This document shows positions 48,370 through 56,845 of a DNA stretch of 62,136 nucleotides, in pieces. The stretch's first letter is position 1; every line of letters begins with the position of its first letter. Source of the stretch: a virus (lineage: Duplodnaviria; Caudoviricetes); IMG/VR virus record IMGVR_UViG_3300036985_002914, positions 1-62,136 of that record; one strand, 5' to 3'. The notes beneath the pieces are model-generated. The model worked only from the letters and a program-made list of their open reading frames with translations. It was not told the origin of the DNA and searched no databases. The translations under genes and the position numbers were made by a program.

Positions 48370-48493
48370 GATGAAAAAATCACCTAAACCAATCGTTAAA
48401 AAGGTTAAAACTGTTCCACGTGAAACAATTTCTGACCCTCGTCCGACCTACGTTTACCGGAAGGACGCGTTTAAAAAGGTAAAAATTACCTAA
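48350..48493 (+). CDS. Small basic protein, 47 aa, containing parS
   Basis: Not in ORF track; SD GGAGG; MRQGPSKMKKSPKPIVKKVKTVPRET...KKVKIT. Confidence 0.6.
   Translation: MRQGPSKMKKSPKPIVKKVKTVPRETISDPRPTYVYRKDAFKKVKIT
48412..48427. promoter_or_regulatory. parS: parS site
   Basis: TGTTCCACGTGAAACA. Confidence 0.8.
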
Positions 48494-48566
48494 ATGAGTA
48501 ATTTATACATGTGACCATGTATAAAAGTAGTGTTTTTATATAAATATTTGTGCATAATATGCACGT

Positions 48567-48596
48567 AGCCTTCAGATAGGGCTCAAAAACTGTCTG
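48567..48596 (+). promoter_or_regulatory. Candidate H-type pseudoknot in the head-operon leader
   Basis: agcct/gggct and cagata/tgtctg stems with A-rich loop, just before SD GGAG. Confidence 0.45.
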
Positions 48597-48612
48597 CTTC
48601 TTGGAGAACTCC

Positions 48613-48798
48613 ATGCTTGGATTTACTGAACGCGTGTTGGCAGAGGTACGTAAACTTCGGAGGAACTCCGAGGATCTCGTTATCAATGGATCAATACGTG
48701 ATATGGAGCAGTATCGGTTTTTGATGGGTCGTATTGAGGGTTACAAATTCGTGGAAGTGGCTATTGCAGAACTTCTGAAGAAAAACCCTGAAGATTAA
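48613..48798 (+). CDS. Small protein upstream of groES
   Basis: SD GGAG; DMEQYRFLMGRIEG. Confidence 0.7.
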   Translation: MLGFTERVLAEVRKLRRNSEDLVINGSIRDMEQYRFLMGRIEGYKFVEVAIAELLKKNPED

Positions 48799-48808
48799 GG
48801 ACCCATCT

Positions 48809-49261
48809 ATGACAATGACAGCGCTCGAAGAAAAATGGGCACAAGATGCGGCTGAAAAGGAGCCTACACTTGACGATGCCTACGCCGATGACGGCAGTCT
48901 TACTGTTGAAAACATCGACCAATCCGTTCTGGACCGAATCCCGAAGCCAACAGGCTGGCGGGTTGTCATTCTCCCCTACAAAGGCACGGCAAAAACAAAA
49001 GGCGGCATTATTCTTGCCGACCAGACCCGTGAACGCCAGCAAATAACGACAGTTTGTGGCTACGTATTGGCTGTGGGCGATTTAGCCTACCGCGATACCA
49101 CCAAGTTCCCTGACGGAGCGTGGTGCAAGCAAGGGGATTGGGTAATTTTTGGCCGGTATGCGGGTGCGCGTATCGGTTTGGACGAAGGGGAGATCAGGAT
49201 TCTCAATGATGATGAGATTCTTGCTCGTATCAACAATCCAGAAGACATTCTGCACATGTAA
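48809..49261 (+). CDS. groES: GroES-like co-chaperonin
   Basis: PTGWRVVI, KTKGGIIL, VLAVG, GDWVIFGRYAG, ILNDDEILA. Confidence 0.9.
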   Translation: MTMTALEEKWAQDAAEKEPTLDDAYADDGSLTVENIDQSVLDRIPKPTGWRVVILPYKGTAKTKGGIILADQTRERQQITTVCGYVLAVGDLAYRDTTKFPDGAWCKQGDWVIFGRYAGARIGLDEGEIRILNDDEILARINNPEDILHM

Positions 49262-49269
49262 GGATCGAT

Positions 49270-50202
49270 ATGGCCAACGTAATGTCAGATAATCAGCTTG
49301 AATTTAACCTCGGGGAAGATGAGGTAACGACAGACGTAGAAGTTACGGAATCCCCTGAAATAAATGCATCAGAAAACAATGCGCCAGAAGCACCACAAGA
49401 AGAAAAGCCTGCTGTTTCGGCTCAACGCAATGAGTTAGATCAGGTTAGCGAGAACGTACAGCGTCGCATTGCTAAACTGACTGCCAAGATGCGTGAAGCG
49501 GAGCGGCGTGAGCAAGCAGCCTTGGAATATGCGAAGAATGTTCAGTCGCAGGCACAGGTTCTTCAGCATCAATTGGTGCAGACAGACCAAAGCCGCATGT
49601 CTGAGACAAAATCCCGTATGGATACGCAGCAAGCTACTCTACGCTCGATTATTCGACGCGCTAGAGAAGAAGGCGATATCGAAACGGAAACAGAAGCCCA
49701 AGAAAAGTTGTCTGAACTTACGTATGAGCAGCGCAAGTTGCATGATACGGTTCAGGCACAGCAATATCAGGCGCAACAGCAGCAATATCAGGCGCAACAG
49801 CAGCAATATGCGGCTCAACAGCAACAACCAGCACGCCCTACTCCTAGCCCGCGGGCGGAAGAGTGGGCAGAGCAGAATCCATGGTTTGGCAAAGATCGAA
49901 CCATGACTTATGCTGCATGGGGCTTACATCAGACACTCGTTGACGAAGAAGGGATTGACCCAAATTCTGACGAGTACTATACTGAATTAGATAACAGGCT
50001 TAGAACTGACTTTCCAACGAAGTTTGCGCCTGCTCCAAATACACAGAGACAACGGTCGAACGTGCCAGCCGTTGCTCCTGCATCTCGTAGTTCTGGGGTG
50101 AATAGTGCACGCCGTTCTGTCCGGCTATCGCCGAGTCAGGTTGCTATTGCAAAGAAACTGGGCGTTCCTCTCGAGGAATATGCCAAATACGTGAAGGAGT
50201 AA
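49270..50202 (+). CDS. Putative scaffold protein
   Basis: Acidic coiled coil with QYQAQQQ repeats; C-terminal LSPSQVAIAKKLGV. Confidence 0.7.
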   Translation: MANVMSDNQLEFNLGEDEVTTDVEVTESPEINASENNAPEAPQEEKPAVSAQRNELDQVSENVQRRIAKLTAKMREAERREQAALEYAKNVQSQAQVLQHQLVQTDQSRMSETKSRMDTQQATLRSIIRRAREEGDIETETEAQEKLSELTYEQRKLHDTVQAQQYQAQQQQYQAQQQQYAAQQQQPARPTPSPRAEEWAEQNPWFGKDRTMTYAAWGLHQTLVDEEGIDPNSDEYYTELDNRLRTDFPTKFAPAPNTQRQRSNVPAVAPASRSSGVNSARRSVRLSPSQVAIAKKLGVPLEEYAKYVKE

Positions 50203-50205
50203 CAA

Positions 50206-50676
50206 ATGAGCCAAGAAAAACTTACTATCGACCGCGCAACCCGTACTACTCGGGAAAAAGAAGCGCGCCGCAAGCCTTGGGCTCCTCCTTCGCGTTTGGA
50301 CGCGCCCCCTGCCCCTGAAGGTTTTCAGCATCGCTGGATTCGTGCCGAGATCAATGGGTTTAGCGACAAACAACACGTCTACGGTAGGATGCGAGAGGGT
50401 TATGAGCTTGTTCGCGACGAAGAACTACCGGAAGAATACCGCAACACACTGCCTACTATCGAAGATGGTAAGCATGCTGGCGTTGTTGGTGTTGGCGGTC
50501 TGTTGCTTGCTCGTATTCCTAATGAAACTCTGGCCGAACGCAATGCTCACTACAACCGCAAGGCACAGGATCAGATTCATTCAGTAGACAATGAGATGAT
50601 GCGCGAAAACGCTCATTCAACCATGCGTATTGAGAAGGCTCAACGCTCTTCTCGCACTACTTTCGGAGGTCGTTAA
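50206..50676 (+). CDS. Head-module protein
   Basis: WAPPSRLDAP, HRWIR, GGLLLARIP; SD AAGGAG. Confidence 0.7.
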   Translation: MSQEKLTIDRATRTTREKEARRKPWAPPSRLDAPPAPEGFQHRWIRAEINGFSDKQHVYGRMREGYELVRDEELPEEYRNTLPTIEDGKHAGVVGVGGLLLARIPNETLAERNAHYNRKAQDQIHSVDNEMMRENAHSTMRIEKAQRSSRTTFGGR

Positions 50677-50703
50677 GACCTCACAACCTTTTAGGAGCTT
50701 CAA

Positions 50704-51291
50704 ATGGCAAATACAAATAAGCCTTTTGGTCTGCGCCCGATGGGTAACCTTTCTGCTACTGGTGCACAGAAGCAGTACGGCTACCTGATCGCGGACAATC
50801 AATCCGGCGCTATTTATCAAGGTGACTTGGTCACCATCAAGAACGGTTATGTCGTCAAGTTTGATGCTACTTTGCACACCGTCGCAGTTGGCGTGTTCAA
50901 TGGCTGTAACTATGTCGATCCAACCTCGGGCAAGCCAACTTGGTCGAACTACTATCCCGGTTCTGTCAACATCACTACTGGCCAGATCACGGCTGAAGTG
51001 CTTGACGATCCAAACCAGTTGTTCCTGATCCAAGCAGACGCGGACGTAGTCCAAGCTGACTTTGGTAATCAAGCAAGCATTGCATATGCTGCAGGTAGCA
51101 CCATCAATGGTAATTCAGGTACAACTCTGTCTTCTTCTAGCATCACGGCTAATGCCGCGCTGGTTCTGACCCTTGTTGGCCTCTATACCAAACCGGACAA
51201 TGCTTTGGGTTCGAATTACACCCAAGTCATTGTGAAGATCAATGCTCACCTGTACGGCAGCGCTGGCGTTGCTAATACAGTTCCAGCCTAA
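50704..51291 (+). CDS. Capsid-associated (decoration/cement-like) protein
   Basis: MANTNKPFGLRP; immediately upstream of MCP. Confidence 0.65.
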   Translation: MANTNKPFGLRPMGNLSATGAQKQYGYLIADNQSGAIYQGDLVTIKNGYVVKFDATLHTVAVGVFNGCNYVDPTSGKPTWSNYYPGSVNITTGQITAEVLDDPNQLFLIQADADVVQADFGNQASIAYAAGSTINGNSGTTLSSSSITANAALVLTLVGLYTKPDNALGSNYTQVIVKINAHLYGSAGVANTVPA

Positions 51292-51304
51292 TAGGAGCTA
51301 AACC

Positions 51305-52228
51305 ATGGCTATTTCTCGTTCACAACTCGTAAAAGAGCTGGAGCCGGGCCTAAACGCTCTGTTCGGCATGGAATACAAACGCTATGAAAATGAGCACACC
51401 GCCATTTTCTCCGTCGAACAATCTGATCGTGCATTTGAAGAAGAGGTCATGTTGACCGGCTTTGACGAAGCGCCGACCAAGAATGAAGGCGCTGGCGTTT
51501 CGTATGACAACGCGCAGGAATCGTTTACTGCTCGCTACACCCACGAAACCATCGCTCTGGCGTTCGCGCTGACCGAAGAGGCAATCGAAGACAATCTCTA
51601 CGACCGTCTCTCAGGCCGCTACACCAAAGCATTGGCTCGTTCGATGCAATACACCAAGCAAGTTAAAGCGGCTTCTGTGCTGAACAATGCGTTCAACACA
51701 ACTGGCCCTTACAACGGTGGTGACGGCGTGTCGTTGTGTAACAGCGCCCACCCAACCGCTCTTGGCCCTAACTTCAGCAACGTCCCAGCGACTGCTGCCG
51801 ACCTGAATGAAACCTCGCTTGAGCAAGGTATTATTGATGTCGCCGGTTTCACTGACGAACGTGGTTTGAAGGTTGCTCTGTCGGTCCGTCGCATGATCAT
51901 TCCTAAGGAACTGCAATTTACCGCAGAGCGCCTGATGAAATCGACCCTGCGTACCGAATCCGCAGACAACGACATCAACGCCATCAAATCGATGGGCATG
52001 GTGCCAGAAGGCTACTTCGTTAACCACTTCCTGACGGACCCAGATGCATGGTTCCTGATGACTGATGCGCCTAACGGCATGAAGATGTTCCAGCGTACCG
52101 CGATCAAGACCGCTTTTGAAGGCGACTTTGATACGGGTAACGTCCGCTATAAGGCTCGTGAGCGTTATAGCTTTGGCTGGTCCGATCCTCGCGCAATTTG
52201 GGGTTCAGAAGGTTACACCCCGGCTTAA
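51305..52228 (+). CDS. Major capsid protein
   Basis: MAISRSQLVKELEPGLNALFG...RERYSFGWSDPR; strong SD; followed by terminator. Confidence 0.9.
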   Translation: MAISRSQLVKELEPGLNALFGMEYKRYENEHTAIFSVEQSDRAFEEEVMLTGFDEAPTKNEGAGVSYDNAQESFTARYTHETIALAFALTEEAIEDNLYDRLSGRYTKALARSMQYTKQVKAASVLNNAFNTTGPYNGGDGVSLCNSAHPTALGPNFSNVPATAADLNETSLEQGIIDVAGFTDERGLKVALSVRRMIIPKELQFTAERLMKSTLRTESADNDINAIKSMGMVPEGYFVNHFLTDPDAWFLMTDAPNGMKMFQRTAIKTAFEGDFDTGNVRYKARERYSFGWSDPRAIWGSEGYTPA

Positions 52229-52240
52229 TGGGGCGTTAAA

Positions 52241-52268
52241 AAAGGGGGCTTCGGCCCCCTTTTCTTTT
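52241..52268 (+). terminator. Intrinsic terminator after MCP
   Basis: gggggc-ttcg-gccccc followed by T-tract. Confidence 0.9.
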
Positions 52269-52296
52269 ATTGGCAATAGTGTATATTGGCGGTATC

Positions 52297-52371
52297 CCGG
52301 GATTTTCCGGTGTATCTGACAGCCCCGGCTGACGACATGCAGACAGATACGCCTAAACTTGCATGTGAGGA
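52297..52371 (+). ncRNA. Candidate double-pseudoknot leader RNA
   Basis: Three interleaved helices: ccggg/cccgg, ggtgtatctg/cagatacgcc, acatgca/tgcatgt. Confidence 0.55.
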
Positions 52372-52378
52372 CATCTTC

Positions 52379-52816
52379 ATGGCTAATACTACCTTCACGG
52401 GTCCAGTAATCTCTAACAATGGATTTCTGGGACCAATCGCAGTTTCTACTTCTACCGCTGCCAGCACTTTGACTGCTGCAGATAGCGGCAAAACTATTTT
52501 CTTAGACTCTGCTACAGAGTTTGCAACGACTCTTCCTACTCCAGTAAGTGGTCTGCGCTTTACGTTCATCGTAAAAACTGCTCCAGTAGGTACGGCTTAC
52601 ACCGTGGTTACTTCTGGTGGTGCAAACATCATCAAAGGTCAACAATACAATGCCGCAGGAGCAGCCGGTGATACGGGTACTGCTGACGACACTATTACGT
52701 TTGTTGCGAGCTCTTCGGTTGCAGGCGACCGCGTTGAATTGGTCAGTGATGGCACAAGCTGGTTTGCGTATGCTTTCTGTACCTTGGCCGCTTCGATTCT
52801 CTTTTCTGCCACCTAA
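52379..52816 (+). CDS. Virion structural protein (head fibre/decoration-like)
   Basis: MANTTFTGPVIS start after GAGGA; TLTAADSGK...TLP...GLRFTF beta module. Confidence 0.7.
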   Translation: MANTTFTGPVISNNGFLGPIAVSTSTAASTLTAADSGKTIFLDSATEFATTLPTPVSGLRFTFIVKTAPVGTAYTVVTSGGANIIKGQQYNAAGAAGDTGTADDTITFVASSSVAGDRVELVSDGTSWFAYAFCTLAASILFSAT

Positions 52817-52829
52817 TTAGGAGTTCGCC

Positions 52830-53108
52830 ATGGCATACATGAGCGATTTACAGAGTACATACCGCACTACGGATGGGGCCATTTTCACTGGCCGCACCCG
52901 TATTAAGGCGATATATGTCTCTCCTGACGCTGGGGTAGGTTCGGTATCCATTACCGACGGCAATGGCGGCACGGTTCTTTACAGAATAGATGTTCCTTTG
53001 GGAAGTAGTGCCATTTACATGTCACTACCCGAGGACGGTATTTTGTTTAAAAACGGGGCTTACGCGGACCTTACTACTGTTATTTCTGCCACATTCTTCT
53101 GGGCATAA
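52830..53108 (+). CDS. Small structural protein
   Basis: SD AGGAG; LPEDGILF. Confidence 0.7.
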   Translation: MAYMSDLQSTYRTTDGAIFTGRTRIKAIYVSPDAGVGSVSITDGNGGTVLYRIDVPLGSSAIYMSLPEDGILFKNGAYADLTTVISATFFWA

Positions 53109-53118
53109 GGAGCTAAAA

Positions 53119-53406
53119 ATGATGATGAAGATGAACAAAAAGCGTAAAAAGTCGGGCATGTCGATGGATAAAGGCATGAAACTAGTCAAATCTACCAAAA
53201 AAGGTATGGCTGGCGACGATATGTTGAGTATGGACACTGTTCCTATGATGAAAAAGAACGGTGGAGCCATTAATCAGCATAAGAAAATGGCTATGGGCAA
53301 GAGCATTGGCATGAAAAAAGGCGGCGCAGCTTGTTACGCGGACGGTGGCAGTGTCACTGGCCGTGGTTATGGCGCAGCCCGTACGCAGAAAACCAAAATC
53401 TGCTAA
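53119..53406 (+). CDS. Small Lys/Met-rich basic protein with GG motifs
   Basis: SD AAGGAG; ends YADGGSVTGRGYGAARTQKTKIC. Confidence 0.7.
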   Translation: MMMKMNKKRKKSGMSMDKGMKLVKSTKKGMAGDDMLSMDTVPMMKKNGGAINQHKKMAMGKSIGMKKGGAACYADGGSVTGRGYGAARTQKTKIC

Positions 53407-53408
53407 TC

Positions 53409-53696
53409 ATGCCCCGCAAGAAAGAAGTCCCCATTAAAACCTCTGTTAAGTCGGGCAACTTTCGCCCGACAAAGACAGGGGCGGGGATGACTGAAAAAGG
53501 CGTAAAGGCCTACCGGAAAGCTAATCCGGGAAGCAAATTGAGTACTGCAGTGACAGAGGATAAGCCTTCTGATGCTCGCGCTGCGCGTAGAAAGTCTTAT
53601 TGCGCACGCAGTGAGGGCCAGATGGATAAGTTCCCTAAGGCTGCAGCAGACCCAAATAGCCGGTTACGACAGGCCCGTAAAAGATGGAAGTGCTGA
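53409..53696 (+). CDS. Small basic protein (DUF6321-like)
   Basis: RRKSYCARS...DPNSRLRQARKRWKC. Confidence 0.7.
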   Translation: MPRKKEVPIKTSVKSGNFRPTKTGAGMTEKGVKAYRKANPGSKLSTAVTEDKPSDARAARRKSYCARSEGQMDKFPKAAADPNSRLRQARKRWKC

Positions 53697-53697
53697 C

Positions 53698-53940
53698 ATG
53701 GAAATGGTATTGTGGAATGCGCTGCTATCCTTTTTGCTGGCGATTATTGGTTGGATAATGCGGGAAAAGTCCGAGGAATTGCATCGTATTCAGATACTGT
53801 TGAATAAGACTCGGGAAGAAGTAGCAAAAGAATACCTCACGCGGGTGGAAGTACATGCTGACATCACGCGAGTATTAGACAGGTTGGATCGGCTGGATGC
53901 AAAGATAGATCGATTAATGGAGAGCAAACATGCCAGCTAA
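53698..53940 (+). CDS. Small TM/coiled-coil protein
   Basis: LWNALLSFLLAIIGW; LDRLDRLDAKID. Confidence 0.7.
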   Translation: MEMVLWNALLSFLLAIIGWIMREKSEELHRIQILLNKTREEVAKEYLTRVEVHADITRVLDRLDRLDAKIDRLMESKHAS

Positions 53941-54304
53941 GAGTGCCAAACAAAAGAAGTTGATGGATGCGGCAGCGCATAATCCTGCTTTTGCTAAGAA
54001 GGTAGGCATTCCTGTCTCTGTTGCAAAGAAATTCAGTAAGGCTAGTAAGGGGCAAGAATTTGCTAAAGGCGGCACGTTGAGCCGTATTGGTAGAGCAGTT
54101 ACCCCTAGCCGTAGAGATCCGGACATTGGGAAAATGATTGGTCCCGGTGAGGCTCCAAAAAGCCATCACACAAAAGAAAATGGCCCATTAATGAAACATA
54201 CCGCGGGCAGTAAAAAACACAAGATGATGGAATATGCCAGTGGGGGCGAGATTCAAGTAAGAGGCATAGGGAAAGCGCGCCCACAAAAAGCAAGGATTTG
54301 CTAA
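53930..54304 (+). CDS. Small basic protein with GG motifs
   Basis: MPAKSAKQ...FAKKVGIP; ends YASGGEIQVRGIGKARPQKARIC. Confidence 0.7.
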   Translation: MPAKSAKQKKLMDAAAHNPAFAKKVGIPVSVAKKFSKASKGQEFAKGGTLSRIGRAVTPSRRDPDIGKMIGPGEAPKSHHTKENGPLMKHTAGSKKHKMMEYASGGEIQVRGIGKARPQKARIC

Positions 54305-54976
54305 ATGACTACCTCCGGCACCGCTACCTTTAATCTTGAGTTCGATGACCTGATCAACGAGGCATACGAGCGTTGCGGGCTGGAGACGAGAGAAGGTTTT
54401 GACATGCGCACTGCGCGGGTGTCGTTGAACCTGTTGTTTGCAGAGTGGGCTAACCGTGGATTGAATCTTTGGACGATTGAACAGCGGTCCGTGACAATGG
54501 TATCAGGGCAGGCGGAGTACACGCTACCTTCTGATACCGTAAATGTCTTGTCGGCGGTTATTCGTACTGGATCAGGGCAGACTCAGCAGGACATTACGAT
54601 AGATCGAATTGGCCAGAACGAGTATTTACACTTGCCTGACAAGAACACGATGTCGCGTCCTTCTCAGTTTTATGTGCAACGTACAATCTCGCCTAAATTG
54701 TTCGTTTATCCTGCTCCAGATAGCTCAGAACCCTACATATTTCGGTACTATGGCGTTAGGCGCATTGAAGATACGGGGGGATTTACCAATACGGCGGACA
54801 TTGTCTTTCGTTTCCTGCCTTGTTTGGTTGCCGGTCTTGCATACTATCTTGCAATGAAGAAGTCCCCGGACAGAATTGCAATCTTGAAGCAGATATACGA
54901 TGAGGAATTCATACGCGCTGCGCAGGAAGATCGTGATATTGCTAGTGTGTATCTAACCCCGGATTTTAGTTTGTAA
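54305..54976 (+). CDS. Head-tail adaptor / tail tubular protein A-like
   Basis: WANRGLNLW, RFLPCLVAGLAYYL. Confidence 0.7.
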   Translation: MTTSGTATFNLEFDDLINEAYERCGLETREGFDMRTARVSLNLLFAEWANRGLNLWTIEQRSVTMVSGQAEYTLPSDTVNVLSAVIRTGSGQTQQDITIDRIGQNEYLHLPDKNTMSRPSQFYVQRTISPKLFVYPAPDSSEPYIFRYYGVRRIEDTGGFTNTADIVFRFLPCLVAGLAYYLAMKKSPDRIAILKQIYDEEFIRAAQEDRDIASVYLTPDFSL

Positions 54977-54977
54977 G

Positions 54978-55307
54978 ATGTCCTATACAGCCGGTAAATA
55001 TGCGCTTGGAATATGCGACCAGTGTGGTCAGCAGTTCAAGCTGAACGAGTTGAAAAAGGAATGGACGGGATTTAAGGTATGTCAGGAATGCTATGAGCCC
55101 AAGCATCCTCAGTTAAATACGCAACGAGCAATTAATGAGCCTATTGCACTACAGCAGCCTAGGCCCGATGGAATACAGACAGTTAGGGTATCGCTTATTT
55201 ACGGCGGCGACTCTACTTTTTCTAGTGTAGGTATGCAGCCAGCCCCTGCAGCGCGTCCACTGACGGCAGCAGGCGTATTGGGAACGGTTACGGTGAGTAT
55301 TACATGA
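54978..55307 (+). CDS. Zinc-binding phage protein
   Basis: CDQCG...CQECYEPKHPQ. Confidence 0.7.
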   Translation: MSYTAGKYALGICDQCGQQFKLNELKKEWTGFKVCQECYEPKHPQLNTQRAINEPIALQQPRPDGIQTVRVSLIYGGDSTFSSVGMQPAPAARPLTAAGVLGTVTVSIT

Positions 55308-55963
55308 ACTATGCAGAGCTTACTGCCGCGATACAAGACTATGTGCAAAATGAGTTCACTAGCACAGAGTTAGCTACGTTCGTCCAACAGGCCGAACAAC
55401 GTATCTACAATAACGTCCAGTTCGCTTATTTGCGAAAGAATGTTACTGGCTCACTTACCTCAGGCAATAAGTACTTATCTGCCCCCACTGACTTCTTATC
55501 CGCCTATTCACTGGCGGTGATTGATGACGAAGGGGACTACACGTACCTTCTCAACAAGGACGTAAACTATATTCGTCAGGTATATCCTTCTGGGACAACG
55601 ACAAGTTTTCCAAAATATTACGCTATATTTGGTCCCACTGTTACCGCGGGGCAGGACACACCAGAATTGAGTCTTATTTTAGGTCCTACTCCTGACCAAA
55701 GCTATGCCGTTGAATTGCACTATTACTTTTACCCTCAATCCATTGTTACTGCTGGCACGACGTGGCTGGGCGACAACTTTGACTCTGCACTACTTTACGG
55801 CTCCTTGGTGGAGGCTTATACCTTCATGAAGGGTGAGCAAGATATGATGATTCTGTACGATACAAAGTACAAGGAAGCATTAGCATTGTTGAAGAATCTG
55901 GGTGATGGTAAGCAGCGTGGCGATGCGTATCGCGATGGCCAACTTAAATTACCGGTTAGTTGA
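55304..55963 (+). CDS. Second adaptor-like protein
   Basis: MNYAELTAAIQDY; LGPTPD; LLYGSLVEAY. Confidence 0.7.
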   Translation: MNYAELTAAIQDYVQNEFTSTELATFVQQAEQRIYNNVQFAYLRKNVTGSLTSGNKYLSAPTDFLSAYSLAVIDDEGDYTYLLNKDVNYIRQVYPSGTTTSFPKYYAIFGPTVTAGQDTPELSLILGPTPDQSYAVELHYYFYPQSIVTAGTTWLGDNFDSALLYGSLVEAYTFMKGEQDMMILYDTKYKEALALLKNLGDGKQRGDAYRDGQLKLPVS

Positions 55964-55965
55964 TT

Positions 55966-56385
55966 ATGGCTATTACGCAAACATGGACGACTAGCTTTAA
56001 GTACCAGATCCTGCTCGGCGAGCATGATCTGGATACGGATGTATTGAAGATGGCTCTTTACACAAGCTCTGCCTCATTAGGTGCGGATACTACGGTGTAT
56101 ACGACGACGGGGGAGACTTCCGGTACGGGTTATACCGCAGGCGGCATTGTCTTGACGAATGTCACAGTAAGCTCTGGCAATGGCATTGCCTATGTAGGGT
56201 TTGATAATCCTACGTGGTCTGGAACATCGTTCACTACAATTGGTGCATTGATCTATAACTCCAGCAAAAGCAATAAGTCTATTGCAGTGTTAAATTTCGG
56301 GCAGAATCAAAGTACGACAAACGAAAACTTTGTGTTGCAAATGCCTTCCAATAACCCAACTTTCGCGTTAATACGGTTGGTGTAA
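55966..56385 (+). CDS. Tail structural protein, paralog A
   Basis: TSFK...KMALYTS...GYTAGG...GALIYN...AVLNFG. Confidence 0.7.
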   Translation: MAITQTWTTSFKYQILLGEHDLDTDVLKMALYTSSASLGADTTVYTTTGETSGTGYTAGGIVLTNVTVSSGNGIAYVGFDNPTWSGTSFTTIGALIYNSSKSNKSIAVLNFGQNQSTTNENFVLQMPSNNPTFALIRLV

Positions 56386-56389
56386 GACC

Positions 56390-56836
56390 ATGAGTATTTC
56401 TCAAACAGCGACCACAAGCTTTAAAGTTCAGCTATTGCAGTCCCAACATAATTTCGGGCCTACTTCCCCTGATACTTTTAAAGTAGCGCTGTATACGAGC
56501 GCTGCTAACATTGGTGAAACTACTACAGTTTATGTAAGTACTAATGAGGTAGTAGGTACTGGATACACTGCAGGGGGCAAGGTATTAGCCATTAATTTGT
56601 CTCCTACTTCTGCTGATAATTCATCAGGGGTACCGACTGCTTATTTTTCATTTTCTAATATATCGTGGACAAATGCTTCGTTCACTGCGCGTGGAGCCTT
56701 AATCTATAACGCGACTAATGGGAATAAATCAGTTGCTGTATTGGATTTTGGTGTAGATAAACTGGTTAATAACGACACTTTTCAAATTATTTTTCCAACA
56801 ACAGACGCAAACAACGCCATTGTGCGTATTTCGTAA
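56390..56836 (+). CDS. Tail structural protein, paralog B
   Basis: Same motif series as 55966-56385. Confidence 0.7.
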   Translation: MSISQTATTSFKVQLLQSQHNFGPTSPDTFKVALYTSAANIGETTTVYVSTNEVVGTGYTAGGKVLAINLSPTSADNSSGVPTAYFSFSNISWTNASFTARGALIYNATNGNKSVAVLDFGVDKLVNNDTFQIIFPTTDANNAIVRIS

Positions 56837-56845
56837 GGAACCATC

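Noticed and set aside
49755-49825. 21-bp tandem repeats (also near 12135-12190)
   Set aside because: In-frame low-complexity Gln-rich coding repeats
52329-52371. Hammerhead ribozyme (CUGACGA followed by a stem)
   Set aside because: The required GAAA after stem II is absent (GAGGA instead) and no stem I/III arrangement is evident
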